NCBI GenBank assembly: GCA_964531695.1
Contig: CAZHEH010000007.1
Coordinates: forward strand, 34,121-98,120
Reading direction: 5' to 3'
Length of the DNA stretch: 64,000 nt
Source of the DNA: an uncultured Planctomycetaceae bacterium
GTDB taxonomy: Bacteria; Planctomycetota; Phycisphaerae; SM23-33
A program made the translations under genes and the position numbers. The notes under the pieces were generated by a model, which did not search any database, was not told where the DNA came from, and saw only the letters and a list, made by a program, of their open reading frames with translations. This document shows, in pieces, positions 27,707-36,410 of the stretch. Every line of letters begins with the position of its first letter. Within the stretch, counting starts at the first letter, position 1.

Positions 27707-27750
27707 CCCGCCGACGAGCAGGGCGAGCCGGCCGTAACGGAGACGGGCGC

Positions 27751-28830
27751 ATGGCCATCGAATTCACACCGGCCGACTGGCAACGCATCCGGGAAACCTA
27801 CGCCGCCTGGTGGGCGGGCGAGCTGGGCCGGCCGCTGATCCACGTCAGCGTAACCGGGCGTGACCCCGGGCGGCCGGAACCGAAGCTGCCCGCCCGCGGC
27901 TTCGACGCACAGTACGGGCTCGAGGTGCCGCCCGAGGAGCTCATCGACCGGCGCGACTACGACCTGTCGCGCCGGCGCTTCCCGGGCGACGCCTTCCCGT
28001 CGCACTGGCTGAACTTCGGGGCGGGCGTCATGGCCGCCTTCCTGGGCGCCCGGCTCGAAACGGCCGAGAGCACCGTCTGGTTTCATGCCCCGGCCGAGCG
28101 GGAAGCCGCCGATATCCGCTTCGCCCACGATCCGGACAACGCGTGGCTGAAGCGCGTCAAGGAGCTGGCCCGCGCGGCCGTGGAGCGATGGGACGGCATG
28201 GTCCAGGTCGGCATGACCGATCTCGGCGGGAACCTGGACATCCTCTCGACCTTCCGGCCGGGCGAGCGGCTTCTGCTGGACCTGTACGATCATCCCGACC
28301 AGGTCAAGCGCCTCACCTGGGAGGCACACGAGCTGTGGTTCCGCTACTTCGACGAGCTGAACGCGATCCTTCGTCCGCGGAACCCCGGCTACACCTGCTG
28401 GACGCCGATCTTCTCGCCCGAGCCGTACTACATGCTCCAGTGCGACTTCTGCTACATGATCTCACCGGCGATGTTCGACGAGTTCGTAAAGCCCGAGCTG
28501 GCCGCGACCTGCAAGGGGCTGGCCCACCCGTTCTACCACCTCGACGGGCCCGGGCAGCTCGCGCACCTCGACTCGCTGCTGGAGATCGAGAAGCTCAAGG
28601 GCGTGCAGTGGATTCCCGGCGAGGGCCGGTCGGACGTGCGCCACTGGCCCGACGTGTACCGCACGATCCACGCGGCCGGGAAGAAGATTCAACTCTTCGG
28701 CGGTCCGGACGCGCTGGAGGCCGTGGCCGAGCAGGTCGGCGACGCCAGCGGGATCGTCCTCATCGGCGAAGTCGGCCCCGAGGACGAGCCGAAGCTGATG
28801 GAGACGCTCAAGCGGTACGGGGCGGACTGA
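27751..28830 (+). CDS. Uroporphyrinogen decarboxylase (URO-D) family protein
   Basis: 359 aa with URO-D / methyltransferase-MtaA-like fold features (…YMLQCDFCYMISPAMFDEFVKPEL…). Low-specificity family assignment. Confidence 0.5.
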   Translation: MAIEFTPADWQRIRETYAAWWAGELGRPLIHVSVTGRDPGRPEPKLPARGFDAQYGLEVPPEELIDRRDYDLSRRRFPGDAFPSHWLNFGAGVMAAFLGARLETAESTVWFHAPAEREAADIRFAHDPDNAWLKRVKELARAAVERWDGMVQVGMTDLGGNLDILSTFRPGERLLLDLYDHPDQVKRLTWEAHELWFRYFDELNAILRPRNPGYTCWTPIFSPEPYYMLQCDFCYMISPAMFDEFVKPELAATCKGLAHPFYHLDGPGQLAHLDSLLEIEKLKGVQWIPGEGRSDVRHWPDVYRTIHAAGKKIQLFGGPDALEAVAEQVGDASGIVLIGEVGPEDEPKLMETLKRYGAD

Positions 28831-28930
28831 GAACGACTCTCAGCGCGCAGACCGCGGAGGAGGACAGCGCATGCGCGAGGGCCGGGGCCGCGTCCGCCTA
28901 CGTGGCGCGCGTGCGGAAGAACTCGGCGAT

Positions 28931-29251
28931 CTACTCCTTGCCCGCCTGACCCGTGGCGACGGACACGGTAAGGTCGTACACCTCGCCACGCTGCGCTTCG
29001 ATGTCCACGCCGTTCAGGTCCAGGAAGGCCAAGGCCACCACGGCGCCCGCTCGCTTGTTGCCGCCAACGAACGGATGGTTCTGCACGAGGTGGTACATGT
29101 ATGCGGCCGCCTTCCGGCACAGGTCGCCATGCAGGTACTCCCCACCGAACGCCGCTTGGGACTGCGCGACTGCGGATTCCAGCAACCCCACATCGCGCAG
29201 GCCTTGCTCGCCCCCGTAGCGGTCGATCGGGTCGGCATGGAGCAGCAGCAC
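28931..29251 (-). CDS. doc: Doc (death-on-curing) toxin, Fic-fold
   Basis: HPFVGGNKR Doc/Fic motif; 106 aa. Confidence 0.8.
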   Translation of the reverse strand: MLLLHADPIDRYGGEQGLRDVGLLESAVAQSQAAFGGEYLHGDLCRKAAAYMYHLVQNHPFVGGNKRAGAVVALAFLDLNGVDIEAQRGEVYDLTVSVATGQAGKE

Positions 29252-29256
29252 GTCCG

Positions 29257-29484
29257 CTACTCCGCCAGCCGCCGAAGGTCGTCACCGAACTTCCGGTTGA
29301 TCTTGTCCAGCGAGGCCCGGAGCTGCGCCTCGCGCGCCTCGCCACGAACCGGCGATACCATCAGCGTGTCGCCGTCGGTCGTCAGCTCGAGCGGCGTATC
29401 CGCCGAGATGCGGAGCATCTCCAGAATCGGCTTGTCGATGACCAGCGCGTAGCTGTTGCCGTGCTTGGTGAGTTTCTTGACCAT
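29257..29484 (-). CDS. AbrB/MazE/SpoVT-type antitoxin (Phd-like partner of Doc)
   Basis: MVKKLTKHGNSYALVIDKPILEML swapped-hairpin motif. It lies immediately upstream of doc. Confidence 0.7.
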   Translation of the reverse strand: MVKKLTKHGNSYALVIDKPILEMLRISADTPLELTTDGDTLMVSPVRGEAREAQLRASLDKINRKFGDDLRRLAE

Positions 29485-29683
29485 GGCCGGGCTCCGATGG
29501 GTATACACACAGTATATCCCGTGTATATACATCGGGGCAAGCGGACCCGTGATTTCGGAACACCCGGAACGGCCGGCGCCATGCCCCCCGCCGGGCTCGC
29601 AGGCCGATCCTTGCGATTCCGCCCGAGCGCGATAGGATGGCCGCCGACGGGCGAATCAGGACGACGGACACAAGGGGATCCAC

Positions 29684-30925
29684 ATGCGTGGTACTTCGCG
29701 CCTATGGCTGGCGGCAGGGCTGTGGCTTGCGGCCACGGCCTGCCTGCCGTCTTGCAGCGACGAGACCACACGCCAGCGCGCGCCCGAGCCCCAGACACGG
29801 GAGACGGCGGAGACGCCCTCGGCCGCGGATACGCCAGCGCCGGCCACCAAACCGACCACGCGGCCGGGCGTGCTGGCCGAGTTCGCCTTCAACCCGGACA
29901 TCGGGCTCATACGGGTCCCGGTCGAGCTGGACGGCCGGGAGTACCCGTTTGTTCTCGACACCGGTTCGACGCACTGCGCGTTCGACGAATCGCTGCGGGA
30001 CCTGCTCGGCGAACCCGTGGATGAGTACGAGATGGCAACTCACGCGGGCTCTATCCCAATAGAGGCCTATCGCCCGCCGCCCGCCGTTCTCGGCCGCATC
30101 GACCTCGATGAACTCGAGTTCGTCGTATGCCTTGACCTGGAGATCTTCCGACACATCGGCGGCACGGACATCCGCGGCATCATCGGCATGGACGCCCTCC
30201 GCGACCGCGTGGTGCAAATCGACTTCGACGCCGGGCGCGTAACCATTCGCAAGCCGGACGAGCGGCCGCGTCCCGAGTGGGGCGAGGCAGTGCCGCTTCG
30301 CGTCGTGAAGGGCTACCCGATCGTCGAGGCCGGCATCGCGAGCGGACGGGGGCAGTTCCTGATCGACACGGGCGACACAGGCGGGGTGACCCTGAATGGA
30401 GAAGGTTTCGAGCTCGTCCGGAAGGCCACCGGCGCCGCCGTCACGACAGACCTGTATGCCACGGCGGCGGGCACGGTCCGCCGCCGCTTACTGCGTTTGA
30501 GACGCTTTCGGCTCGGTGAGTGTGAGTATCCGCCACTGGTCGTCGGCGAGTCGGATTTTTCGAGCATCGGGGCGAAGGTTCTGTCCCGGACCAACGTGGT
30601 GTTCGACTTCGCCGGCGGTGCGATGCACCTTCGCAAGCGCGATCGCTTCGACCGGCCGGGCGAAGCCGACATGAGTGGCCTGCACCTGCTCCGCATCGAC
30701 GGCGAAACGGTGGTGCACTCCGTGGACCGCGACAGCCCGGCCGAGAGAGCCGGCATCGAGGCCCAAGACGTCATCCTGACCGTCGACGGCAAGTCGCCCG
30801 ACACGTGGACGATGCAATCGCTCCGCGGCTATCTTCGCCGCGAGCACGGCCGCGTCGTGCGCATGACCCTCCGCCGCGGCGAGGAGGAGCTCAAGGCGGC
30901 CTTCCGCCTCCGCAGGCGGCTGTAG
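29684..30925 (+). CDS. Retropepsin-like (clan AA) aspartic protease lipoprotein with C-terminal PDZ domain
   Basis: Signal/lipobox …ATACLPSC. Two D(T/S)G motifs (LDTGSTHC and IDTGDTGG). PDZ-like C-terminus (LLRIDGETVVHSVDRDSPAERAGIEAQDVILTVDG). Confidence 0.6.
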   Translation: MRGTSRLWLAAGLWLAATACLPSCSDETTRQRAPEPQTRETAETPSAADTPAPATKPTTRPGVLAEFAFNPDIGLIRVPVELDGREYPFVLDTGSTHCAFDESLRDLLGEPVDEYEMATHAGSIPIEAYRPPPAVLGRIDLDELEFVVCLDLEIFRHIGGTDIRGIIGMDALRDRVVQIDFDAGRVTIRKPDERPRPEWGEAVPLRVVKGYPIVEAGIASGRGQFLIDTGDTGGVTLNGEGFELVRKATGAAVTTDLYATAAGTVRRRLLRLRRFRLGECEYPPLVVGESDFSSIGAKVLSRTNVVFDFAGGAMHLRKRDRFDRPGEADMSGLHLLRIDGETVVHSVDRDSPAERAGIEAQDVILTVDGKSPDTWTMQSLRGYLRREHGRVVRMTLRRGEEELKAAFRLRRRL

Positions 30926-31000
30926 GCCGAGCGCAGCCGGCGGGACTTGCCCCGGGATCGCGCAACGCTACAATGCCGCCCTGAAGGAGGCCCAACCGCC

Positions 31001-31645
31001 ATGATTCAGGCAGTCATACTCGATCTCGACGGCGTCATCGTCTCGACGGATGAGCAGCACTACCGCGGCTGGCAGAAGCTCGCCGACGAGGAGGGCATCC
31101 CCTTCGACCGCGAGACGAACCATCGGCTGCGCGGCGTCAGCCGCATGGCCAGCTTGGAGATCATCCTCGAGCGGTCGACGCGCGAGTACTCGGACGACGA
31201 GAAGGCCGAGATGGCCGCACGCAAGAACGGCTACTACCGCCAGATGCTCGCGGAGCTCTCGCCCGAGGCGATTCTGCCCGGCGCCATGGAAGTGATGGAC
31301 GCCTGCCGGGCCCGCGGGGCGAAGCTCGCCGTCGCCTCCTCCAGCCGGAACACGCCGTACATCCTGGAGCGGATCGGCCTGAGCGACTACTTCGACGCCA
31401 CCGCCGACGGCAACGACATCACGCACTCGAAGCCGCACCCGGAGGTCTTCCTGCTGGCCGCCGAGCGGGTGGGCGTTCCGCCGCAGGATTGCCTGGTCGT
31501 CGAGGACGCCCGCGCCGGCGTCGAGGCGGGGCTGGCCGGCGGCATGAAGGTCCTCGGCGTCGGCGACGCCGCCGGCGACGAACGCGCCCACCTCACCGCC
31601 GCCGACCTCTCGGCCGTGACGGCAGAGGAACTGCTGGCGATGTGA
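31001..31645 (+). CDS. pgmB: HAD-superfamily hydrolase, beta-phosphoglucomutase family
   Basis: DLDGVI motif I, S/T motif II and a K…(V)EDA…G…G pattern. RBS GAAGGAGG. Confidence 0.7.
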   Translation: MIQAVILDLDGVIVSTDEQHYRGWQKLADEEGIPFDRETNHRLRGVSRMASLEIILERSTREYSDDEKAEMAARKNGYYRQMLAELSPEAILPGAMEVMDACRARGAKLAVASSSRNTPYILERIGLSDYFDATADGNDITHSKPHPEVFLLAAERVGVPPQDCLVVEDARAGVEAGLAGGMKVLGVGDAAGDERAHLTAADLSAVTAEELLAM

Positions 31646-31689
31646 GGGCCACCGTCAGCCGTCAGCTCTCGGGTGTCGGCTAGCACTCC

Positions 31690-32170
31690 GTTGAAGAATG
31701 GGCTCCGTGGCCAGCTCGAACGGAACGGCCGGGCCCCCAGGAGCGGGAACGCAGATCCCGCCGGGAGCGAGTTTCCGCGACGCAGCGCAGGCCGTTCCGG
31801 CGATCGCAGCAGGAACAGCTTCTTCAACGGGCTGCTACGCGAAGGCATCGGAGATACGCCCGGAGACAGGCAGCGATCACGCGCCCACCGCCTCCGGCGC
31901 GGAGAAGGCCCGGCCGCCGCAGCGCAGCGAAGGCCCCGTAGGGGCCGTAAGAAGGTAGCCCCGCCCGTGCGGTCTGAAGCGAGTCCCGGCGCGTCCGGGA
32001 TGAGTCGAAGGCCGGAGGGCGGGGACAAGGTCACGCCGCAGCGCCCAGGAGCCCCAGCGGGGCGACAGAGCCGTGGATCGCCGCTTCCGTCGCCCCTGCC
32101 GGGGCTCCCAACTCGGGCAGGCGGCTCTCGGCCCCCGGTCTGACGACCGGGGCTACCTTCTGCCGCCGCT
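31690..32170. repeat. ~580-nt non-coding region with two long-range inverted repeats: CCGTTGAAGAA (31698-31708) / TTCTTCAACGG (31819-31829), and GAAGGTAGCCCCG (~31953-31965) / CGGGGCTACCTTC (~32150-32162)
   Basis: Read from the sequence. There is no credible ORF, because the track ORFs here are GC-artefacts. It lies immediately upstream of the Rhs C-terminal fragment. Confidence 0.3.
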
Positions 32171-32226
32171 GCCGCTGCGCCGTTTGCCCTTGCCGATTCC
32201 GGCCGTGCGCGGGATAATCCCCGGCC

Positions 32227-33300
32227 GTGATGGGGAACGCGTCATCTCGGGGCTTCGCCCAAGGCCGACCGACCTGCGCGCCCCCGGCACAGCCCCTCGA
32301 GGTCCGCACGAACGGCGACGGCGAATCCGACTGGGAAAACGGCATCGTCTACTGCGGTTACCGCCAGGACCCCGAAAGCGGCGCGAACGGACAGGGCATC
32401 ATGCATGTGCGGCATCGGCCGTATCTGCCCCCGCTCGGCCGCTGGGCCAGCCGGGATCCGCTGAATCAGGATGTTGCCGGCGGCGGGTATCACGATGGGA
32501 TGGGGTTGTATACATATGTACGTTCAATCCCCATTGGTGCGACTGACCCCACGGGCAACGTCTTGGTAGTGATGGCGGGTTGGGCACAGAGCTTTGAATA
32601 TATGCAAACATTGGCAGATGCGGTTGGTGACAGCATTCTCAGCCGACTGTCCCCATATGATGCTCCTGCTGACTTGGTTCTTGGGCAACGTTTTATATCC
32701 GAGGGCCCGCTCATAGATAATGGGCACTATGACAAGCCTCCTGCCGGGTCATCGGAAAAAGAATATATCTCTTATAGCAGGAGCCGCATGAGCTATGATG
32801 ATGCGGTTCGGTATCATTATGAGCAATACGTCCAACGGAAAAGGGACGACCCGTGTAGCCTGGAACAATTTGTCGCCATCGGGCATAGCTCTGGGGCCTC
32901 TGCCATAGCAAATAATCTGGCAGCGGGGCATCTCACTGATCCTGATTTCCCGCCTGCCTTTCTTGGCCTGATCGATCCTGTCTTAGGCGAACATGACCTT
33001 CGGTCAGTCACACACGACGGATGGGGCGTCTTCGTCTGGTATCAAGAAAACCCACTGGACTTCCATGGCTCACCTGTCCAAGGTGCCGATAAGAATTGGC
33101 TTATTGAAGGCAAGAATGTTACTCCTGCCGGTGAGACTAGTCGTGAGGATGTTGGTCATATGAATATTGTTAGCGATCAGAGAGTACTCTCCGAAGTATC
33201 TCAAGGAGCCGCTGCCTATTACCATGTAAGGGTATATATCGAGTCCAAGAAAGCACCGGGCAAGGTACCTTATGATACGCCGGAGGAGGGAAGATGGTGA
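32227..33300 (+). CDS. Orphan Rhs C-terminal module: last Rhs repeat plus the DPxG boundary, fused to an alpha/beta-hydrolase (lipase/phospholipase-type, GHSxG) toxin domain
   Basis: VYCGYRQDPESG…RHRPYLPPLGRWASRDPL…GGYHDGMGLYTYVRSIPIGATDPTGN is the Rhs core end. It is followed by a domain with the GHSSGAS nucleophile motif and downstream Asp/His residues. Local GC drops. Confidence 0.7.
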   Translation: MMGNASSRGFAQGRPTCAPPAQPLEVRTNGDGESDWENGIVYCGYRQDPESGANGQGIMHVRHRPYLPPLGRWASRDPLNQDVAGGGYHDGMGLYTYVRSIPIGATDPTGNVLVVMAGWAQSFEYMQTLADAVGDSILSRLSPYDAPADLVLGQRFISEGPLIDNGHYDKPPAGSSEKEYISYSRSRMSYDDAVRYHYEQYVQRKRDDPCSLEQFVAIGHSSGASAIANNLAAGHLTDPDFPPAFLGLIDPVLGEHDLRSVTHDGWGVFVWYQENPLDFHGSPVQGADKNWLIEGKNVTPAGETSREDVGHMNIVSDQRVLSEVSQGAAAYYHVRVYIESKKAPGKVPYDTPEEGRW

Positions 33301-33812
33301 TGAAATTGACGATGACGTGTTCTATTGTGTTTATTGTGGCGACCATGCTGATTGGGTGCGACACGGGGCATGTTGAGCCATGCGAGAGATGCTCATCTCC
33401 GCAGGCGTTAATGTCGGCGTTGTATCACAAATTTGAGTCAGAGGAGTATCCTGATCTTGAGTCCCTGATTCATCCCCGACTACGTGGGCAGTGGAAGGAG
33501 TTTGTCTATTGGGACGGCCGAATTAGGCGCGAATTCCCGAAGGCTCTCGGCACAGAATACACAAGTCCGATAGATAACCTTCGAGAAGAAGTATGCCATG
33601 GGAAGGGGCAGTGGAAGATCGAAGCACAGAGGGATCTGGCGCGTGTGAGGATCGGAGAGTCAGGCACTTCACTGGTTCTCAGAAGACATTACGGGCAATG
33701 GTACATCGTGCTATATGAAACCTGGGAAGTCGCTGAGTATATGTCGCGATTGAGGAAGGAAATCTCGAAGGTAGAGTATCACAGACTAAGCGATATGAAT
33801 CGCAGGGACTAA
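33294..33812 (+). CDS. Lipoprotein, candidate immunity protein for the Rhs lipase toxin
   Basis: MKLTMTCSIVFIVATMLIGC lipobox. It overlaps the toxin gene's 3' end and has low GC like the toxin. Confidence 0.45.
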   Translation: MVMKLTMTCSIVFIVATMLIGCDTGHVEPCERCSSPQALMSALYHKFESEEYPDLESLIHPRLRGQWKEFVYWDGRIRREFPKALGTEYTSPIDNLREEVCHGKGQWKIEAQRDLARVRIGESGTSLVLRRHYGQWYIVLYETWEVAEYMSRLRKEISKVEYHRLSDMNRRD

Positions 33813-33816
33813 CAAC

Positions 33817-33837
33817 GTGTCCAGTCCGTAGGGACAC
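33817..33837. terminator. Hairpin GTGTCC-N9-GGACAC directly after the immunity gene stop (terminator-like, no clear U-tract)
   Basis: Read from the sequence. It shares the GGGACAC core with the inverted repeats at 34022 and 34299. Confidence 0.3.
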
Positions 33838-34021
33838 ATAGTTAGCCCGCATTATTCGTGAAGCTGCGCGAAACGCACGATTGTGACGGGTTTTGGCATG
33901 CCGTCGAGGCGAGAGGGGTGGCTGAGGCGCGGCGAGGCGGCGGAAGGGAGCAATCGGCGGCGCTGAGAGGCCAACATCCGCCCCGACCCGTGGCGGAATC
34001 TTGGGAATCTTGGAATCTCGC

Positions 34022-34317
34022 TTGGGACACCATACGGTTTTTTGCTTGCGTGGAGATGTAATAGCGGTAGGATGTTTTGCATGCCGAGACTCGCACGAGC
34101 AGTGATTCCGGGCCGGCCCCACCACGTCACGCAGCGCGGCAACCGTCGCCAGCAGACGTTTTTCGGCGAGGACGACTATCGCGCGTACCTGTCGCTGCTG
34201 GGCCGGTGGTGCGCGGCGCACGAACTGCGGGTATGGGAAGCTGCTGGGCCGCCCCCTCCTGCCCGGCCGACCCGGTCGGCCTCGTACGCGAGAGAAACAA
34301 ACCGTATGGTGTCCCAG
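34022..34317. mobile_element. Degenerate REPtron-like element: 19-bp perfect inverted repeats TTGGGACACCATACGGTTT (34022-34040) and AAACCGTATGGTGTCCCAG (34299-34317) flanking a truncated RAYT/IS200-like transposase fragment
   Basis: The inverted repeats were read from the sequence. The enclosed ORF begins MPRLARAVIPGRPHHVTQRGNRRQQTFFGEDDYRAYLSLL, the conserved N-terminus of REP-associated tyrosine transposases, but it lacks the HuH and catalytic Tyr regions. A GGAATCTTG x3 tandem repeat lies just upstream (33997-34020). Confidence 0.5.
34081..34260 (+). pseudogene. Truncated REP-associated tyrosine transposase (IS200/IS605-like TnpA) N-terminal fragment
   Basis: Only about 50 aa of homology. 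The downstream track ORF continuation is unrelated sequence. Confidence 0.5.
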
Positions 34318-34514
34318 GATAACAGGATAACCATGAAGGAAGAGATCACATGTGACGCGGCTGGGAACTTGCAAGTGCCACCCGAGGCCGTATCGTGTAC
34401 CGGGAAGAAGTGTTCTGGGGATGCGACGTCCTCGCCGAAGGAGTAGTTATGATTATCAGCTATGCCTGTGTGGCAGTTTGTGACAGACCATCAATGGATG
34501 TGCCTCGTACAAGA

Positions 34515-35231
34515 ATGCGCCGGCACGGTCTCGCAATGCCCGCAGGACCGCTCCAACTTCGCCTGGTTCTGCTGATTGGGGCGGCTCTCTGTCTTGGCTT
34601 GCACGGCTGCTCGGACACGCGAGATGGTAGCCGCCGCGCTGGAGGTACAGAGCCGAAGAGGCCTGCTTCTGCCCAAGAACAGGCGGTTGCGGAAACGCCG
34701 ATGTTAACCGGCCTAGAGATTTGGGAACCGGAGGGCGCGAGTGTCGAAGGGCGGCCATCGCAATCAGGCCAGCTCACTGTGGCGCAGCTTGCCCAGGAAA
34801 CGCTGCTTGACCTGAGCGATGATGGGGCCTCAGTCGTGGCCAATCCCAAAATATCATTCAGCGTTACGAAGAAATCGGCCGAACAAAGGGTGTGGCTGGA
34901 GATCGTCATGCGTGTTCCGACTGGGGAGCCATTTTCGGATGATAAGGTGTATTGGCTTGCCTCTCGGAATATTGGCAAGGTGTACTTGGCAGGTGGGTCA
35001 CGCGGCCCGAGCGGACTCCCTTACCGTGTTGAGGAAACGATCAGAATACACACAAAGCTTGGCCGCGCTGGTACGGATGTGAAGCGCTTCACGGAAGCCA
35101 ACGGCGTCATTTGCGGATCATTGTACGGACGGTCAATGAAGCCGAATGGGCATGGGGCCTGCCTGTTGGCAAGCTTCACCATCCCAATCGCCGCACCGGA
35201 CCGCACGTGGGGGAACAATGTGGTCGAGTAG
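34515..35231 (+). CDS. Secreted / lipoprotein-like hypothetical protein (low-GC island)
   Basis: MRRHGLAMPAGPLQLRLVLLIGAALCLGLHGC signal region; start uncertain among 34395/34515/34533. Confidence 0.4.
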   Translation: MRRHGLAMPAGPLQLRLVLLIGAALCLGLHGCSDTRDGSRRAGGTEPKRPASAQEQAVAETPMLTGLEIWEPEGASVEGRPSQSGQLTVAQLAQETLLDLSDDGASVVANPKISFSVTKKSAEQRVWLEIVMRVPTGEPFSDDKVYWLASRNIGKVYLAGGSRGPSGLPYRVEETIRIHTKLGRAGTDVKRFTEANGVICGSLYGRSMKPNGHGACLLASFTIPIAAPDRTWGNNVVE

Positions 35232-35552
35232 CGCGTGCAGGCATCGGGGGGAAAGGGGACCGGCAGCGGCCGGAGGCGCCGCCGGAGTGTCGTCTCCGAA
35301 ATAGGGCCCTTCTTCAATCTTGTTGGTGGACTGAATGCTTGAAACAACGCTCAACCTCTGCTTGTTCAATGGGTTGTCACGCCTCATCGATCGGCAGGAG
35401 GTTGAGCCAGGTATGTGCACGGCATTCGTGCGTTGTTTCACTGTGAAGGGCACGTCGTCCGGAAGATTACGATGAACAGCGACATTGTCCAGCGAAGCGC
35501 GACGCAGTCATTGAATGGCATCGCCTGAGGGCGCTCCCGTCTTGCGGGGCGG

Positions 35553-36410
35553 TCAGACGGCGCGCGGCTTCGTCAGCCGGCGCTTGAGCGTCGTGCCGCC
35601 GAGGACGGCCAGGTAGCAGGCGCCGGCCAGCAGGATGGTCGTCGCCCCGGCGGGCAGTTCCGGGCCGTAGCTGACGGCCAGGCCGACGAGGACGAGCAGG
35701 ATGCTCAGCGCAGACGAGGCGGCCATGAGCTTCCACAGGCGACGGGTGAACGGTGCGGCCGTGGCGACGGGCAGCGTGAGCAGCGCGATCACCAGCACGA
35801 CGCCCACGACGCTGACGAGCGCGACCACGCTCAGGGCCGTCAGCGCCAGCAGCAGAAGGTAGTACGCATCCACCCGCACGCCGCGCGAGCGGGCGAACTC
35901 CTCGTCGAAGCAGATCGCAAGGAATTGCTTGTAGCAGGCGAGCGTGACGAGGATGACCAGCCCGGCCAGCACGGCCACCAGCTTCAGCTCGGCCGTCGAG
36001 ACCAGCGTGATGTTGCCGAACAGGTAGCTCATCAGGTCCTGCCGGTAGCCGGGCGTCGCCCAGATGAACAGCACGCCCGCGGCCATGCCGAGCGCCCACA
36101 GGGCGCTGATGACCGTGTCCTCGCGCTGGCGGAAGCGTAAGCTGACGGTCCCGATGCCCACGGCCGCGACCAGCGCGGCCGCGACGGCGCCGTGCAGCGG
36201 ATGCAGCCACGACCAGCCGTGGACGGTTTGGAGGTACATGGCCGCGCCCATGCCGCCGAGCACGCAATGGGCGATGCCCGCGCCGAGGTAGGTGATGCGC
36301 CGGACGACGACGAACGTGCCGACCACCCCGCACGTCACGCCGGCCAGCATGCCGGTCAGCACGGCCCGCTGCACGAGGGGGAACCGCAGCGCCTGGAAGA
36401 ACTCAACCAT
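35553..36410 (-). CDS. znuB: Metal (Zn/Mn) ABC transporter permease, ZnuB/MntB family
   Basis: Eight predicted TM segments and a family-typical …LFGNITLVS… region. Confidence 0.75.
   Translation of the reverse strand: MVEFFQALRFPLVQRAVLTGMLAGVTCGVVGTFVVVRRITYLGAGIAHCVLGGMGAAMYLQTVHGWSWLHPLHGAVAAALVAAVGIGTVSLRFRQREDTVISALWALGMAAGVLFIWATPGYRQDLMSYLFGNITLVSTAELKLVAVLAGLVILVTLACYKQFLAICFDEEFARSRGVRVDAYYLLLLALTALSVVALVSVVGVVLVIALLTLPVATAAPFTRRLWKLMAASSALSILLVLVGLAVSYGPELPAGATTILLAGACYLAVLGGTTLKRRLTKPRAV

Noticed and set aside
32227-33300. Full-length Rhs/YD-repeat toxin
   Set aside because: Only the last core repeat and boundary are present. There is no upstream YD-repeat body, because the 580 nt upstream is non-coding and then pgmB. 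It was called as an orphan C-terminal module instead.
34042-34446. Intact IS200/IS605 transposase
   Set aside because: Similarity ends after about 50 residues. The HuH motif and catalytic Tyr are absent. It was annotated as a pseudogene fragment within a REP-flanked element.
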